A DNA stretch of 64,000 bases. Source: Schizochytrium sp. TIO01 (Eukaryota > Protista > Bigyra: Labyrinthulomycetes). Positions 36,334 through 47,450 of this stretch are shown here, in pieces. The position numbers were made by a program, and so were the translations under genes. The stretch's first letter is position 1; the number at the start of each line of letters is the position of its first letter. The notes beneath the pieces were generated by a model. The model ran no database searches and had not been told where the DNA came from. It saw only the letters and a program-made list of their open reading frames with translations. The stretch is taken from positions 1 to 64,000 of the forward strand of contig SMSO01000009.1 in the NCBI GenBank assembly GCA_004764695.1. The letters are read 5' to 3'.

Positions 36334-38214
36334 TTATTTGGATACTAGACTTGTGAGAACGGAAGCATCTTTTAGCTTCCAAATCTGTCGCGGTTGGTAT
36401 TTTTCTAAATGAGTGCGATCGTGAGAGACACAAATCACAGCCCCCTCGAACTTTAATAGGGATTCCATTAATGCGTCGGTAGATTCAACATCAAGATTCT
36501 CAACTTCATCAAGAATGAGCACCCCTGGTGCGATGCTAGATAAAAATTGAGCAGACAGATACAAGCGAGTTCTTTGCCCAGCAGACAAAGTAGCGATACG
36601 CTGCGTCGCGATAGAACCCTGCAAGCCGAACTTGCCCAAATGACTTCGCGCTGCAAGTTCGGAAATACTTGGGTTTGCTTCACATTGAAGGAATTGCACT
36701 GCAGACAATTCCCCGTATTCTACAAGCAAGCGCTGGAGCGCATTTTGGGGGAAATATGCGATGCGTAGTCCACTCTTGCGTTGTATAGAGCCTGCAGTGG
36801 GGTTCAATTGTCCTAGTAGCAGCTTTAAAAGTGTAGACTTACCAGCTCCATTTTCGCCCATTAACGCGATTCTATCGCCACCGTAAACTGCAACGGAAAC
36901 ACCCGCCAGCACAAGAGCGGTCTTATTCGAGGTGGGCGGATAGCTAAAGTCAACATCCTGCACAGAGAACAAATGAGTAGATTCAGACCACGCTGCTCCG
37001 GTGAAATAGATTGGCACAGTTTCATGCGCATGAGAGGTTTCTTCAAATTCAGCCAATTGCGTGGCCTCTTTTTTTAGCCTCTTCACTTTGGATGCCGCAG
37101 TACGAATTGCATTTTGCTTTGCCTCTACACACTTGCCTCGTACAAACCGCTTGTCGTATTTGTGCGTAGCAATGATGTTGGCAAAATTATTCCCACCTTT
37201 CTGAACTCGAGCCTTTACATGTTTCAAAGAGCTTGCTGCAGATACTTCTTTTGCTCGAGCCGTACATATCTCCCTTTTTGCGTGAGATACTGCATCGGTG
37301 CGAGCAACAAGAAATGAATCGTAGCCACAATTATAGGTGTGCAGTTTGTGGTTTGCATCGATGAACAGAATACGATCCGCCAAAGCATGATGAAGTGCTG
37401 GTTTGTGAGTGATGAGAATCACTATTGCACCACTGTGAGCCATACAACGAGTACGTTCTTCTAACCATCGAAGTGAATCACTGTCCAGAAATGAAGGCTC
37501 ATCAAGAATGAGTAGATCTGGCAATGACAAAAGTGCACGAGCCAGCTCGCACTTATAACGCCAACCACTTGATAAATCGCACACTGGAATATTCAACAGG
37601 TTTGCAGAGCCAAACCCGAGCTCTTGGAGAATGTCTTCCGCCTCAGCTTTACTTTCACAGAGCCGTTCGTCAGCTTCGAGCAGAAAGCTAAGTCGGCTAA
37701 CTAGAGCTTCCACATTGTCACTGCTTAAATCGTTGCTGTCTCTAAGGTCCACTCCCATGTCGCTTCTTAAATCCTCATCTGAATCCAGGTATCGCTCAAG
37801 CATTGAGATCTGGGCTTTAATTTCACAGTGACGTGCAGACGCAGCGCTTTCAAGAAAGTCTTGAGAGCAAAGTGTACTGGTGCTAAGCGCTCCAGAATCA
37901 ACGTAACATGTTGTGTAATCAGACGGGAAGCCAGGAATTGCTTTACTCGCTAAAAGACGAGCGAAACTGCTCTTTCCTGTTCCATTCGGCCCAATAAGAC
38001 CAAACACTACTCCAGCTTCGAGAGTACAGCTCTCCACTTTTAAAAGATCTGCACAGCCATCATACGCGATGTTCCCGAGCGCCAACTTCAGCTGACGGCC
38101 GTTGAACGTGCATTGAGCATTGCTCGATATTGAGGGTAATGTCCATGGTACTCCAGTCGGAAGATTCGTTCCGTCAGGGCTTTCGGTGATGGTGTTGTAT
38201 ATGGTAAACAACAC
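36334..38214 (-). CDS. Divergent ABC-F family ATPase (two NBDs, no TMD); start uncertain
   Basis: NBD1 GPNGTGKS / LSSGW / LILDEP / LITH. NBD2 GENGAGKS / LSAGQ / LILDE / VSHDR. Y.CGYD.F linker. No in-frame ATG before Walker A. Confidence 0.8.
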   Translation of the reverse strand: MLFTIYNTITESPDGTNLPTGVPWTLPSISSNAQCTFNGRQLKLALGNIAYDGCADLLKVESCTLEAGVVFGLIGPNGTGKSSFARLLASKAIPGFPSDYTTCYVDSGALSTSTLCSQDFLESAASARHCEIKAQISMLERYLDSDEDLRSDMGVDLRDSNDLSSDNVEALVSRLSFLLEADERLCESKAEAEDILQELGFGSANLLNIPVCDLSSGWRYKCELARALLSLPDLLILDEPSFLDSDSLRWLEERTRCMAHSGAIVILITHKPALHHALADRILFIDANHKLHTYNCGYDSFLVARTDAVSHAKREICTARAKEVSAASSLKHVKARVQKGGNNFANIIATHKYDKRFVRGKCVEAKQNAIRTAASKVKRLKKEATQLAEFEETSHAHETVPIYFTGAAWSESTHLFSVQDVDFSYPPTSNKTALVLAGVSVAVYGGDRIALMGENGAGKSTLLKLLLGQLNPTAGSIQRKSGLRIAYFPQNALQRLLVEYGELSAVQFLQCEANPSISELAARSHLGKFGLQGSIATQRIATLSAGQRTRLYLSAQFLSSIAPGVLILDEVENLDVESTDALMESLLKFEGAVICVSHDRTHLEKYQPRQIWKLKDASVLTSLVSK

Positions 38215-38309
38215 TAGCGAACGATTGCTCTACTTGTCAAGCTCTTTCTTGTGCTCAGCAATTTGTAGGTTTGGGTTTTGCAGATGCCTGGTAGTACCTG
38301 GAGGCTTCA

Positions 38310-38585
38310 GACGCTCCTTTGTTGAACGAGCAGTGTCGAGATCGAGCGAAGATCGTTCTAAATCCAATCCTAGAACATTCTAGGCACATTTTACACACGT
38401 TCTGTGTATGTTCTGTATACGCGTTCTGTGTACGTTCTTTATAAGTTCTCTATTGGTTTTATATATGTTCCTGACGCTCCTTTGTTGAACGAGCAGTGTC
38501 GAGATCGAGCGAACGTCGTTCTAAATCCAATCCTATAACATTCTAGACATGGCACATTTTACACATGTTCTGTGTATGTTCTGTA
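38310..38585. repeat. Direct duplication of ~110 bp (38310-38417 and 38473-38585)
   Basis: Both copies begin GACGCTCCTTTGTTGAACGAGCAGTGTCGAGATCGAGCGAA. Confidence 0.9.
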
Positions 38586-38949
38586 GACGTTCTACAACTG
38601 GCTTGTAAAAATTCTATTCGTTTTGCACTCGCAACATTGTAAGTTAGTAGGGCGCTGGAACAAGCTCATATGGTACCCAGTCAGAATGCCATCATTGTCT
38701 TCCTTACAAAGTTCTGTTGGGATATATTTCACCAGTTCATGCTTCACTCAATCCATTCGAAAGATGTTTCCTGAGATTTACTGTCTTTCCTTACTAATCT
38801 TGGTGTGATTGACTGGCTAAAAGTTATTCGTCAGGTAGACACAAAAGAGTATCAACTATCGTCACCTACATAGGATATGGAATCTTTAGTAAATGGACTC
38901 CATCAAAATGGTAATCTATTCAAGACATTCATCAAAATGCACACACAGG

Positions 38950-40150
38950 TACAACTTTAAAATCCTCTGTGGTCCTCTCAAGGTTTTCCCCTGTTTGCAT
39001 TTACCATCAAGGCTTCGTCAAGATGAATTATCTCAATCCTTCAATCTTGCAGTACAGAAGATCATTCAGGAAGGAGAAAGCTCCATACAACAAGATAAAT
39101 CAGCTTAAGGTAATACCACTGTCTTCTAAGAACAGATAATCGTTACTGCTAGAACTTATGTGCGCCAAGTTTCTCCTTCAAAGGAAGGTGAAGTAGACGG
39201 AAACAGAGGTCTTAAACATGAGCACAGTGCAAACAGCAGTACTGAGTCACTCGATCCGAATGAAAGCATTCATTCTACCAGGTTAGATATTACTAAAGCT
39301 GTGTCTATGATCGGTACAACTATGAATTAGCTGGGGAGTGGAGATGTGGTTCTGCGTTTGGATGCCCGCAACAAGATGACGAGATTAGTGTTTACGATAA
39401 CTCTCAAACTACTATCGAGGGAGACTTTAGTCATATTCACGATGATAGTCCAACTAACACACGCGAATGGATGCGCAAGTAAAATCCAGAACTGTTTGAT
39501 GCAGTAAGACAAGCGCCTAAGTGGGACAGGCTATATCAAATGACCATTTATTTATGGCCGATGGAAACACATAAGGATTCCAGCCAAGATGAATACTCGC
39601 GTGTATCACTCCTGTAACAATGTTATCAAGGTTGAACGCAAAAGAGATGTTCAAAAAGACAATTAACCTGTGATTTGCACAGACAGTGACTTTCGAAAAT
39701 AGGTCTTGCTCGCTCCACAGAGCAGAAACACCCAGAATAAACAATTTCACTGATTTGAAGGAGAGGGTGGAGCCTCTGGTAGCTCTTTCTAGCATAGTTC
39801 CTCCTGTTACTGCTGATGAGATTGATAATAGTTTAATTTTTCAAATTCCGAAAGAGAAGAAAACCGCGCCTGTACCATCTGGGAAAAGAAGAAGACTCAG
39901 AAAAATAGCCTCAGTATCCTCCAGTAGTGGTGAAGATGACGATAGTACATAGTGCCTCCTCAATCACAGAGAAATTTATAGGTAGAAAAGCCTGGTTATC
40001 AAAATCTATCAATTCAGAAAATGCTTAACCTTCGCCAGGTGCAGTAAAGAGAAAGCCTTGCTATGACTATGAATGTAGGAAACGATCTTGCTTCTCTCTA
40101 AAGTCTAAATGAGAGTGATGCGGATAAAGAGATTAATGATAATGAAGATG
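38950..40150 (+). pseudogene. Probable decayed protein-coding gene of unknown family
   Basis: Protein-like stretches broken by stops and frameshifts (e.g. DSPTNTREWMRK*NPELFDAVRQAPKWDRLYQ; SGKRRRLRKIASVSSSSGEDDDST). Confidence 0.3.
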
Positions 40151-41210
40151 TGTAGGATGCTAATTTGGTCAACATTGTCCCAAATATTATATTCATAGAT
40201 TCTCCGCCAGGTGTGTTTGAAAATCAAGAGGGAACAAATAATTTGAGACAAATGCGAGAACCGTTTAACATGTCCATCTATCTAGGTTATCTTGAGTCCG
40301 GGGGAGAAAATTTCATGTTATCGCCCTTGCTTTCGACGAAGTACGAAAACTCACAACTTCGATCTCGAATAATTCTTATTAAAAAATAAAAAAAAAGTTT
40401 AAGTGCATCTGAAGTTGGGATAAAGTAGTAGTAATTGACGATTCTAATGTATATTACAATGATGTGAAAAGGAACTACAAAGAAGGTTGTCGGATCCTGC
40501 ATTCTAGAGATAGGTTGTGTTGAAGAAAAATTGCCCTTTGACATCATCTAATTAAAAAATACTCAAAAAAAGCTACACATTAATTAAAAATGTATATTTA
40601 AAAATTTATATGTAGGCCCTATGAACAAATAAAACGAGTTTTGTAGCTTTCATCTGCCCGCTACAAGATCTTGTAAGATCCTCAACTTGAAGTTATTTGA
40701 ATTAAACACAAAATCCAAAAAACAGACGATGATTCGAGATCTGCAGTTTCTCGCAGTAATTTTGAAAGAAACATAAAAAACAGTAGTATCATCTAGCTTT
40801 GTCATTGAATTATTGCCTGGCTACCACTTATAAGAGTCACTGTCAGAGGCAACTGCGAGGTGATTGTTTTGGGTTGGTCGAGCCTTACCTACCTCTCCCT
40901 AATATGTATATAGGCCTGGGCATAGTAGGTATATACTCTTTTTATAAATTATAAATTAAAAAGAAATTTTCAACCCAAGTAGAAGGATCAATAGGAGTAT
41001 CATAGTTATCTCTATCTCAAAAATGTGTAATTTTTTTCCAATTTCAATTAAATTTTTAATAAAACAGTCAACTATTACTTCGAGGTGTGCGAAATAAAAG
41101 AAATAACATTATGATACTTCAACTCAAGCAAACCCCAAACTCGTCAAAGCACGGTACCGCCCCCTCCCCCCAAAGGACAAGCCTGCGGAAAGAGAAACAA
41201 CCACGCACTA

Positions 41211-43475
41211 ATGAAACGCGTAATCCAGAGTACCCATGCGTTCGTTCGATCAATCTCAGGCCGCTCCAGGAACGCGAGCTCTTCTGTGACCGGATCTCGT
41301 CACAGCGGGTATGCTTGGAACGAGGACCGATCCACCAATATGGATAGAGGTGGGGTTGGGACTCAGGCCAACTTGGCTGGGGAGAATGCTAACTACGATA
41401 GCACGGTTGATGAGAGTGATGCTAAGATTGATGAGATGCTGGACAATCCCGATCTCGTGGTTGCTATGTACCGTAGGAGTCTTGCTGCGCATGCTGACGC
41501 TATTGCTAAGCTGACTGCTGAGATTGCTGAGAAAGAGAGCGCTCTTGCTGAGAAAGATACTCAGATTGCTAGGTTGAAGGACGATAATCGTAAAAGAAAG
41601 CTTGATGAATTTTTAATATTCAGAGCATCGGGTGTGCCCCTTGAACTAATGAAAACAAAGTTTGACTGTTTTCATACAGTAGAGCATTTTGAAAAACGAG
41701 AGTTAGATGAGGCCGCTTTGTATGATGCTTGGCAAGGCCTCACAACGAGTATTTTTAACTCCATGAAAGAGGAGGATTTATCCCGCATTTTCGATCGAAA
41801 AGAACCGGCACCTGAGAAAATAATCAGGAAGCTGTCTGACCGAGTTTTTAAGTATGCATTACAAGCAGTGAACGAGATTGCTTGTGGCAGGGGTGAGGAT
41901 AAGCTCAACTTCTGGCTAGAAAGCGAACCGTCCCACAGTTATGTGAATAGTGGACTTCAGGTATCACGGCCCAATGGACTAATCTATTTCGGAAAAGAGG
42001 AAATGGAAAAACTAAATCCCACATCTTTAAAGAAAATGAAGGGAGTTATGGGATACGAAGTAAGGAAAACACTCGGCGATGAAACTAATCTGTATCAAGC
42101 TGCAGCTCAATCGATTTGTATTATTGCACACGTCCCTCATATGAAGTCGCTCATAGATTCGGGTTGTCTTTTTGGGTATGGAATTATCACGTCTGGTTCT
42201 GAATGGAATTTGGTTCGTCTAGAAATAAACCATGATGAGCAGGGTAGTAGCACAAGTAGTACCCCGGATAAAGAAAGACTGCAATTTCCCTATAGGCTTT
42301 CAAAGTTTCCTAGTCCAATCGTTTTTCTTCAAAGTAGTTTTGATATGGATACACCACCCAAAGAATTTGCTGCTATTGTAAACTGGATGCTTGAGCTGAA
42401 ACTTTCAATTCTAAAGGCTGCATCTGGCATTCCACCGAAACTTGGTCCAGCTCGAAGCGATGGTGGTGACTACCCTTTGAGGCTTGACGATGGTTCTTTT
42501 ATCGATATGCGCTACTTTATTCACGCAACCCCAAACTGTGAAGTATACAGTGGTCTGAACACCACAAGTGGCGGTGTGGCAACGAGTAAATTCATGAGCC
42601 GCGCACGTTTTAAATTGGAGGTACGAGCTCTGAGGCGCCTCGCTAACCTCGGAATATGTGAAAATACTCCTCATCTCATTGGATTCGGAGAGATCCTTGA
42701 TGAGGAGTGCATTTGGAGGAGGATGCTTGAAAGTTATGGCCTCACGCATGCTATTGTAACAGATGTTTGTGGTCATTCCCTCAGTGACCGCAGGGATGTT
42801 GAATTTATCAACAAAACTTTACTTCCCTGTATCGGTGATACCTTGGAACGATTAGGTGCAGCGGGACTTGTTCATCAGGATATTAAACCGGCTAACATTG
42901 TGGAACATATCTATCCAGAAGTGATGGGTATCGATGATCAACTTGACCATGTAACGGTGACACTTATTGACTATGCTCTTCTGAGGGACGCAGATGATGG
43001 AAGAGATTGTGATCAACCTTTAAATATGTTAACCCCTGTAGGTACACCAGCATTTGCATCCACAGGTGCTATGTGTTGCTTTCCAGCAAGTGTCCATGAT
43101 GATTGGGAGAGTCTTGCCCTCACCTGTATCTACCTGCAGAGTCCGAGTGAATCGATTGATGATAGAGAAGCCAGTTCTTTCTATGATTGGGTACATTCCC
43201 AAACAGATTGGGCAGGTTATTCAGAGACATCAACCACTGAGCTGATTAATCTGCTCGAAGCAAGGTTGAAGTTTTGGGATGCCGCGTATCAACTTGAGGA
43301 AGTTTACCCATGGCTCACTGAGAGTCCATACGCTCCTCACTTCAAAGCTGCTCATGAGGCAGCTCACACATCATTAGCAAGGTATAAAGATTATGTTTCT
43401 TTTAATATACCAGAAAAATCTCAGAGAAAGTCGTTGCATCCCACGAAGGGTGGAGACACAAACTCTTCAGCGTAA
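41211..43475 (+). CDS. Crinkler(CR)-like protein: coiled coil + PD-(D/E)xK REase-fold domain + Ser/Thr kinase domain
   Basis: 754 aa. Coiled coil AIAKLTAEIAEKESALAEKD. REase-like SRPNGLIY...GYEVRK...YQAAAQ...YGIITSGSEW. Kinase HQDIKPANI, LIDYA, GTPAFAS, DDWESL (CK1/FunK1-like). Confidence 0.75.
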   Translation: MKRVIQSTHAFVRSISGRSRNASSSVTGSRHSGYAWNEDRSTNMDRGGVGTQANLAGENANYDSTVDESDAKIDEMLDNPDLVVAMYRRSLAAHADAIAKLTAEIAEKESALAEKDTQIARLKDDNRKRKLDEFLIFRASGVPLELMKTKFDCFHTVEHFEKRELDEAALYDAWQGLTTSIFNSMKEEDLSRIFDRKEPAPEKIIRKLSDRVFKYALQAVNEIACGRGEDKLNFWLESEPSHSYVNSGLQVSRPNGLIYFGKEEMEKLNPTSLKKMKGVMGYEVRKTLGDETNLYQAAAQSICIIAHVPHMKSLIDSGCLFGYGIITSGSEWNLVRLEINHDEQGSSTSSTPDKERLQFPYRLSKFPSPIVFLQSSFDMDTPPKEFAAIVNWMLELKLSILKAASGIPPKLGPARSDGGDYPLRLDDGSFIDMRYFIHATPNCEVYSGLNTTSGGVATSKFMSRARFKLEVRALRRLANLGICENTPHLIGFGEILDEECIWRRMLESYGLTHAIVTDVCGHSLSDRRDVEFINKTLLPCIGDTLERLGAAGLVHQDIKPANIVEHIYPEVMGIDDQLDHVTVTLIDYALLRDADDGRDCDQPLNMLTPVGTPAFASTGAMCCFPASVHDDWESLALTCIYLQSPSESIDDREASSFYDWVHSQTDWAGYSETSTTELINLLEARLKFWDAAYQLEEVYPWLTESPYAPHFKAAHEAAHTSLARYKDYVSFNIPEKSQRKSLHPTKGGDTNSSA

Positions 43476-43998
43476 TGCAGAGATGCGAGTGCCCCGTTGT
43501 CTTGACAATTTCAGAATACAAAGAACAGTTTTGCATCTAAAAGGACATCTATTGGGAAGACTTTTCTTTTGGGGCCAACACAATCACTATTCTTTTTCCA
43601 GGTACACTTGGCTGCGGAAGATGCAAACAACTTGTAGAAGGAGATAAATGCGATATTGAAAATTGCATAGAAGCTGAGTACAGCTTGAGTGGGTCGTCTG
43701 GGGTATAAAGTCCCAGAAAGTTGTCGAAAGCTATGGTGAGGCGTCTGCGACCACCTCATTTAAAATGCTGTTATTCTTCTCTTAACTCATACAAATGGTG
43801 ATTGAAATGTAAAGTTTGTTGTGCATATAAAAGGTTCAGTCGATTTTTTTAAATTAAAAAAAGGACAGTGTTTTCCGTAACTCGGAGGGAGACGCGTCAA
43901 TCTGCGTTTAACGAGATTTAGACTCTGCACAATGATGTTGTACTGTGGAGCTGCTTATTTTCCAATCGTTCATAAGAAGAAAAAAAAAAAGCAAAAAA

Positions 43999-44117
43999 AA
44001 CATTCAACACCGGGGCTTCGCATGCAGTCCCCTATCATACTACTGACCCGGCCCTACGCGACTTTACTTCTCAGTGCGAATGAGATGAGGTGTTACCCGC
44101 GTGGTATGATCGAATGT
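43999..44117 (-). rRNA. 5S rRNA (copy 1)
   Basis: ACATTCGATCATACC...GGGTCAGTAGTATGATAGGGGACTGCATGCGAAGCCCCGGTGTTGAATGT; ~119 nt, paired termini, oligo-T terminator. Confidence 0.93.
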
Positions 44118-44999
44118 GCTTCACTTTGGTTGATTAATGTATATATAGATTGTATTAGTGATAGTCCTATGGGAATAGAGAATTAGTTTATTGAGGATTA
44201 CTCAATTGGAGTGAGTAGTAGAAAGAACTGGGTTAGCACATGCAGAACCCAATGCAGCAGAGATTGATCAAATGATTCAATGATTGGAACAGCAGAGAGT
44301 AGAAGCAGCAAATCGTTATCTCTAGCTGGTAATTTCTTTCTTTGTGAGCGTTAGTTTACCCAGGGTTGGAAGAGAAGAGGCTTGCTCGAACGATCGGCAA
44401 ATACAGCATACATAAGGAGCTTTTGGTACACATTGATCGTGTGTAGAGTGAGAGCGGGTGGATGAGACTCTGAGTGAAGAGTTCTTAGGTTTTGTAAAGC
44501 GACTGTTGAAAGTACCTGCCATTGACAGGCACGAACGAAGGAGAAAAAACATGATCTCAGATCACTCTTATGACTCCTTCGGTGTAATGAATAAGTGGAC
44601 ACTTCAAAAGCTTCTGTGAAATTTGATTCCTTGTCTAATTAATTCACAAAGAAGCTGCAGCTGATTCACATGCAAAGGCCTTCAATGGAGTGACGTTTGC
44701 TGCCTATTTTTGGTTTTTGGTGTGTTCGCGCAAGGCCTTAGACTGGTGCTAGAGCCGTTGGCAGAACGAAGGGTTTGATCAAGCTTTTGTTTTCCTTTTC
44801 TTTTTTGGGCTGACGCGAAAAGAAAAACTTACCAACTGATTGCAAATATATCTATCCTCCCCTTTAAAGTTAAGATCCTGAAACGACATTCACAAAGAAG
44901 TAAGTAGAGATAAACTCAGACCGAGAAAGAATCAAAAAATGGTAGTTCTTCTAAAAGATCAACCCTGAGCAGAAATTAAGACTGGGCATCATGATCTTA

Positions 45000-46400
45000 A
45001 TCATTGGTATCTTCGTGCTAATTCTTACCTGAACCCGTACGACATTGGTTACCAAACATGCAATGATGATGATCCTGATGTAGAGAATGGTGATGATACA
45101 CGTGCCACACTACTACAGGAGGGGCAACATCAGGGACTGGGAAGTACAACAGCTTCCAGCGGGACTATTTCTCACGAAAAAAGTACGATCCCAATCTAAC
45201 GGCGCGTCCCACTACGGATAATATGCTGCGTCCCTCGGATGATAACGTTTAGGGGGGCTTGACATTTAGTAGGATGCCGCAGGATAAGGACATTTTTTGG
45301 GGTCCTATAGTGAATGATGCTCTTACCTCAATTGTGTGGGTGTGCGCAGCAAAGGAGCAGATCCATTTTACCTAAGGTCGGCTGGTACACGGGCCAGGGC
45401 CAAATTTCCATGATCGTGCAAATGCCAAGGCCCTTCGCATCAATATCTTTTGTGCCAGCTACAATAATGAAATGTTCCCTATCCCCACTGACGAATTCAA
45501 AGCGGCTTATTAGAAGAACTTCTGGAAAGTTGCAGGTGCCAATTTTATAACCCCTAAATGAGGCAAGGTAGATGTTTTTGATTTTGATTCCAACCGTCCT
45601 GCTGATCACCACGATTCTACTTTCTTCAGTGCGGTCGTAAAAAAGTATCCTAACTGGTGGCCGCAGGTCAAGGCAGAGCAGCTTCCCTTGATAGATCATG
45701 ATGGGCTATCGTTTGTGTAGGTTAGGAGTGCAGTACGTTGAGTGAAGGGATCCATTGATTTCAGTTCTTTGCATGAACCAGCAGGCAGTCACTCTTATTT
45801 GGTTGAATGTGACCCAGAGAAGAAGATAAATGTAATACCTGGTGCTCTTTTTAATGATGGCATGCGCATGATAAGCTATACAACGCGCTACATGTACTTA
45901 CATGTATCTTCCTAATTCTACCGCAATGGTTGATTTAGAGCAGAACCTGAATCTTATCGTTTCATTCAGAATTGCGCGACTTCCAAAATTAGCATGTTTC
46001 ACCAGTGGAAGAGCGATGGGTATGCCGTTCACAGGGGAATATGTGTTTTACAAGGTTAGTATAGTTGGTTGGTCAAAGCCAGGCATGAAGACCACTCTGT
46101 GGTTCACTGGGCGGACCAAGACTAGCAATACTCGACTCGCGGACTTTCTAACATTGAGACCAATCATCTCATAAAGAGCTTTAACGACGATGGTTTCACG
46201 CGTTGTGTGGCCTATTGCCGTGCTTGGTGCTTCATAGGTGATAATAATGTGGAACTCTGTGGTTGCCGCGATCCAAGCACAGGCGTAGGAGAGGATTGGA
46301 TAGATCTTAACACAGGTGTGCGCTTTGTGGCGAGCAATGTCGTGATGGACTGCAGTGTTACATGATAGTAGCAGAAGGATTGTGTATCAGGTGCTTTCCA
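45000..46400 (+). pseudogene. Decayed gene for an unknown Cys-containing protein
   Basis: Long protein-like frames with scattered stops (FHDRANAKALRINIFCASYNNEMFPIPTDEFKAAY*KNFWK...KYPNWWPQV; GMPFTGEYVFY...SFNDDGFTRC). Confidence 0.35.
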
Positions 46401-47029
46401 TTTGAGGTTCGCGTAGAACTGGGGGCTTGACCTGTCATAAATACAAAGGTATAGTTCTCGATGAACCCATCATTCTTTTTCTCAGATTGTGTTCCCTCTT
46501 TGAAGTAAAAGGTAATTGTCTCGCGATCAATGGGTTGAAACCCGATGTCTGTCACCCAAGTACGCACTCGCATCTTTCCAAGGCTGTCAGTAACAGTAAA
46601 GCTATCTCTGGGCATAAAAATGGGGCACAATGTCAATCATGATTTGAGGAAACTGCTCCTTGCTGTACTTATGTTGTTTGCACCGGCCGTTGAACATACG
46701 ATGTATCAATGGTAACAGAGCTAAAGCGATGGTCGTCGTCGTCCTCTCTCCACGGCTGTCATGCGAACTAGGTGCACACAGTCCACCGTTCCTTTTTGAA
46801 TAATGCGTCAATCGATTGGACTTCGGCCAAGTCCGCATCGGTGTATACTGAGTTTTCGCTATCGCCACAACAGTTAGACTTTGGCTCGTCATCCGAACGA
46901 TGGTCCAGGGCAGGAATGTTTTGGATGTTGGTAATATTGACGACTACGGAAGCACTCAACTGGATGTTGTTAGAAGAGAATCTGAGACCAATCGACACAA
47001 CATCGCTGCAAAATATAGCTGTATCTCTT

Positions 47030-47450
47030 CTGAAAGATGATTCTGGCCAGCTTGAGGTTGACTGCAAAGATGAAGGCAAGAGTCTTGATGAATGCTTTAA
47101 GAAGGTTGGTTATAAGGGTTAGCGAACTGTTGTCTTGGAAGATGAATTTCAGGACAGACTGACTCATATAGTATTTACGGAGGCTAAGGCATTCTTGAAC
47201 ATGGTCAGAGATGCTTGACGAGGCCAGGTTAATTGCATCTCTTCAACCATCAATTTAAATGACACCATACTTGGATCTAGGTAATATGTCGTCGCACTTT
47301 TGTATATTGGCTTTGGCAGCCACATAAATCTGACTGTCTACTTCTGCACTATTGTAAGCCTTCTGTCTACGAGGACTTTTTACAAAATGACGCCAAAAAC
47401 TAAAGCAGTGCCTTGTCCACTAGTTCCTTCGATTGGAGATCTCAGCATGT
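47030..47450 (-). pseudogene. Decayed REase-domain relic homologous to 3735-4150 and to 22.6/23.2 kb
   Basis: Clear nucleotide similarity to 3735-4150 (inverted), 22607-22660 and 23240-23265. Translation LVFGVIL*KVL...KAFIKTLAFIFAVNLKLARII. Confidence 0.55.

Noticed and set aside
43932-44186. Duplicated small ORF (also 63504..63734)
   Set aside because: It is the antisense translation of the two 5S rRNA genes.
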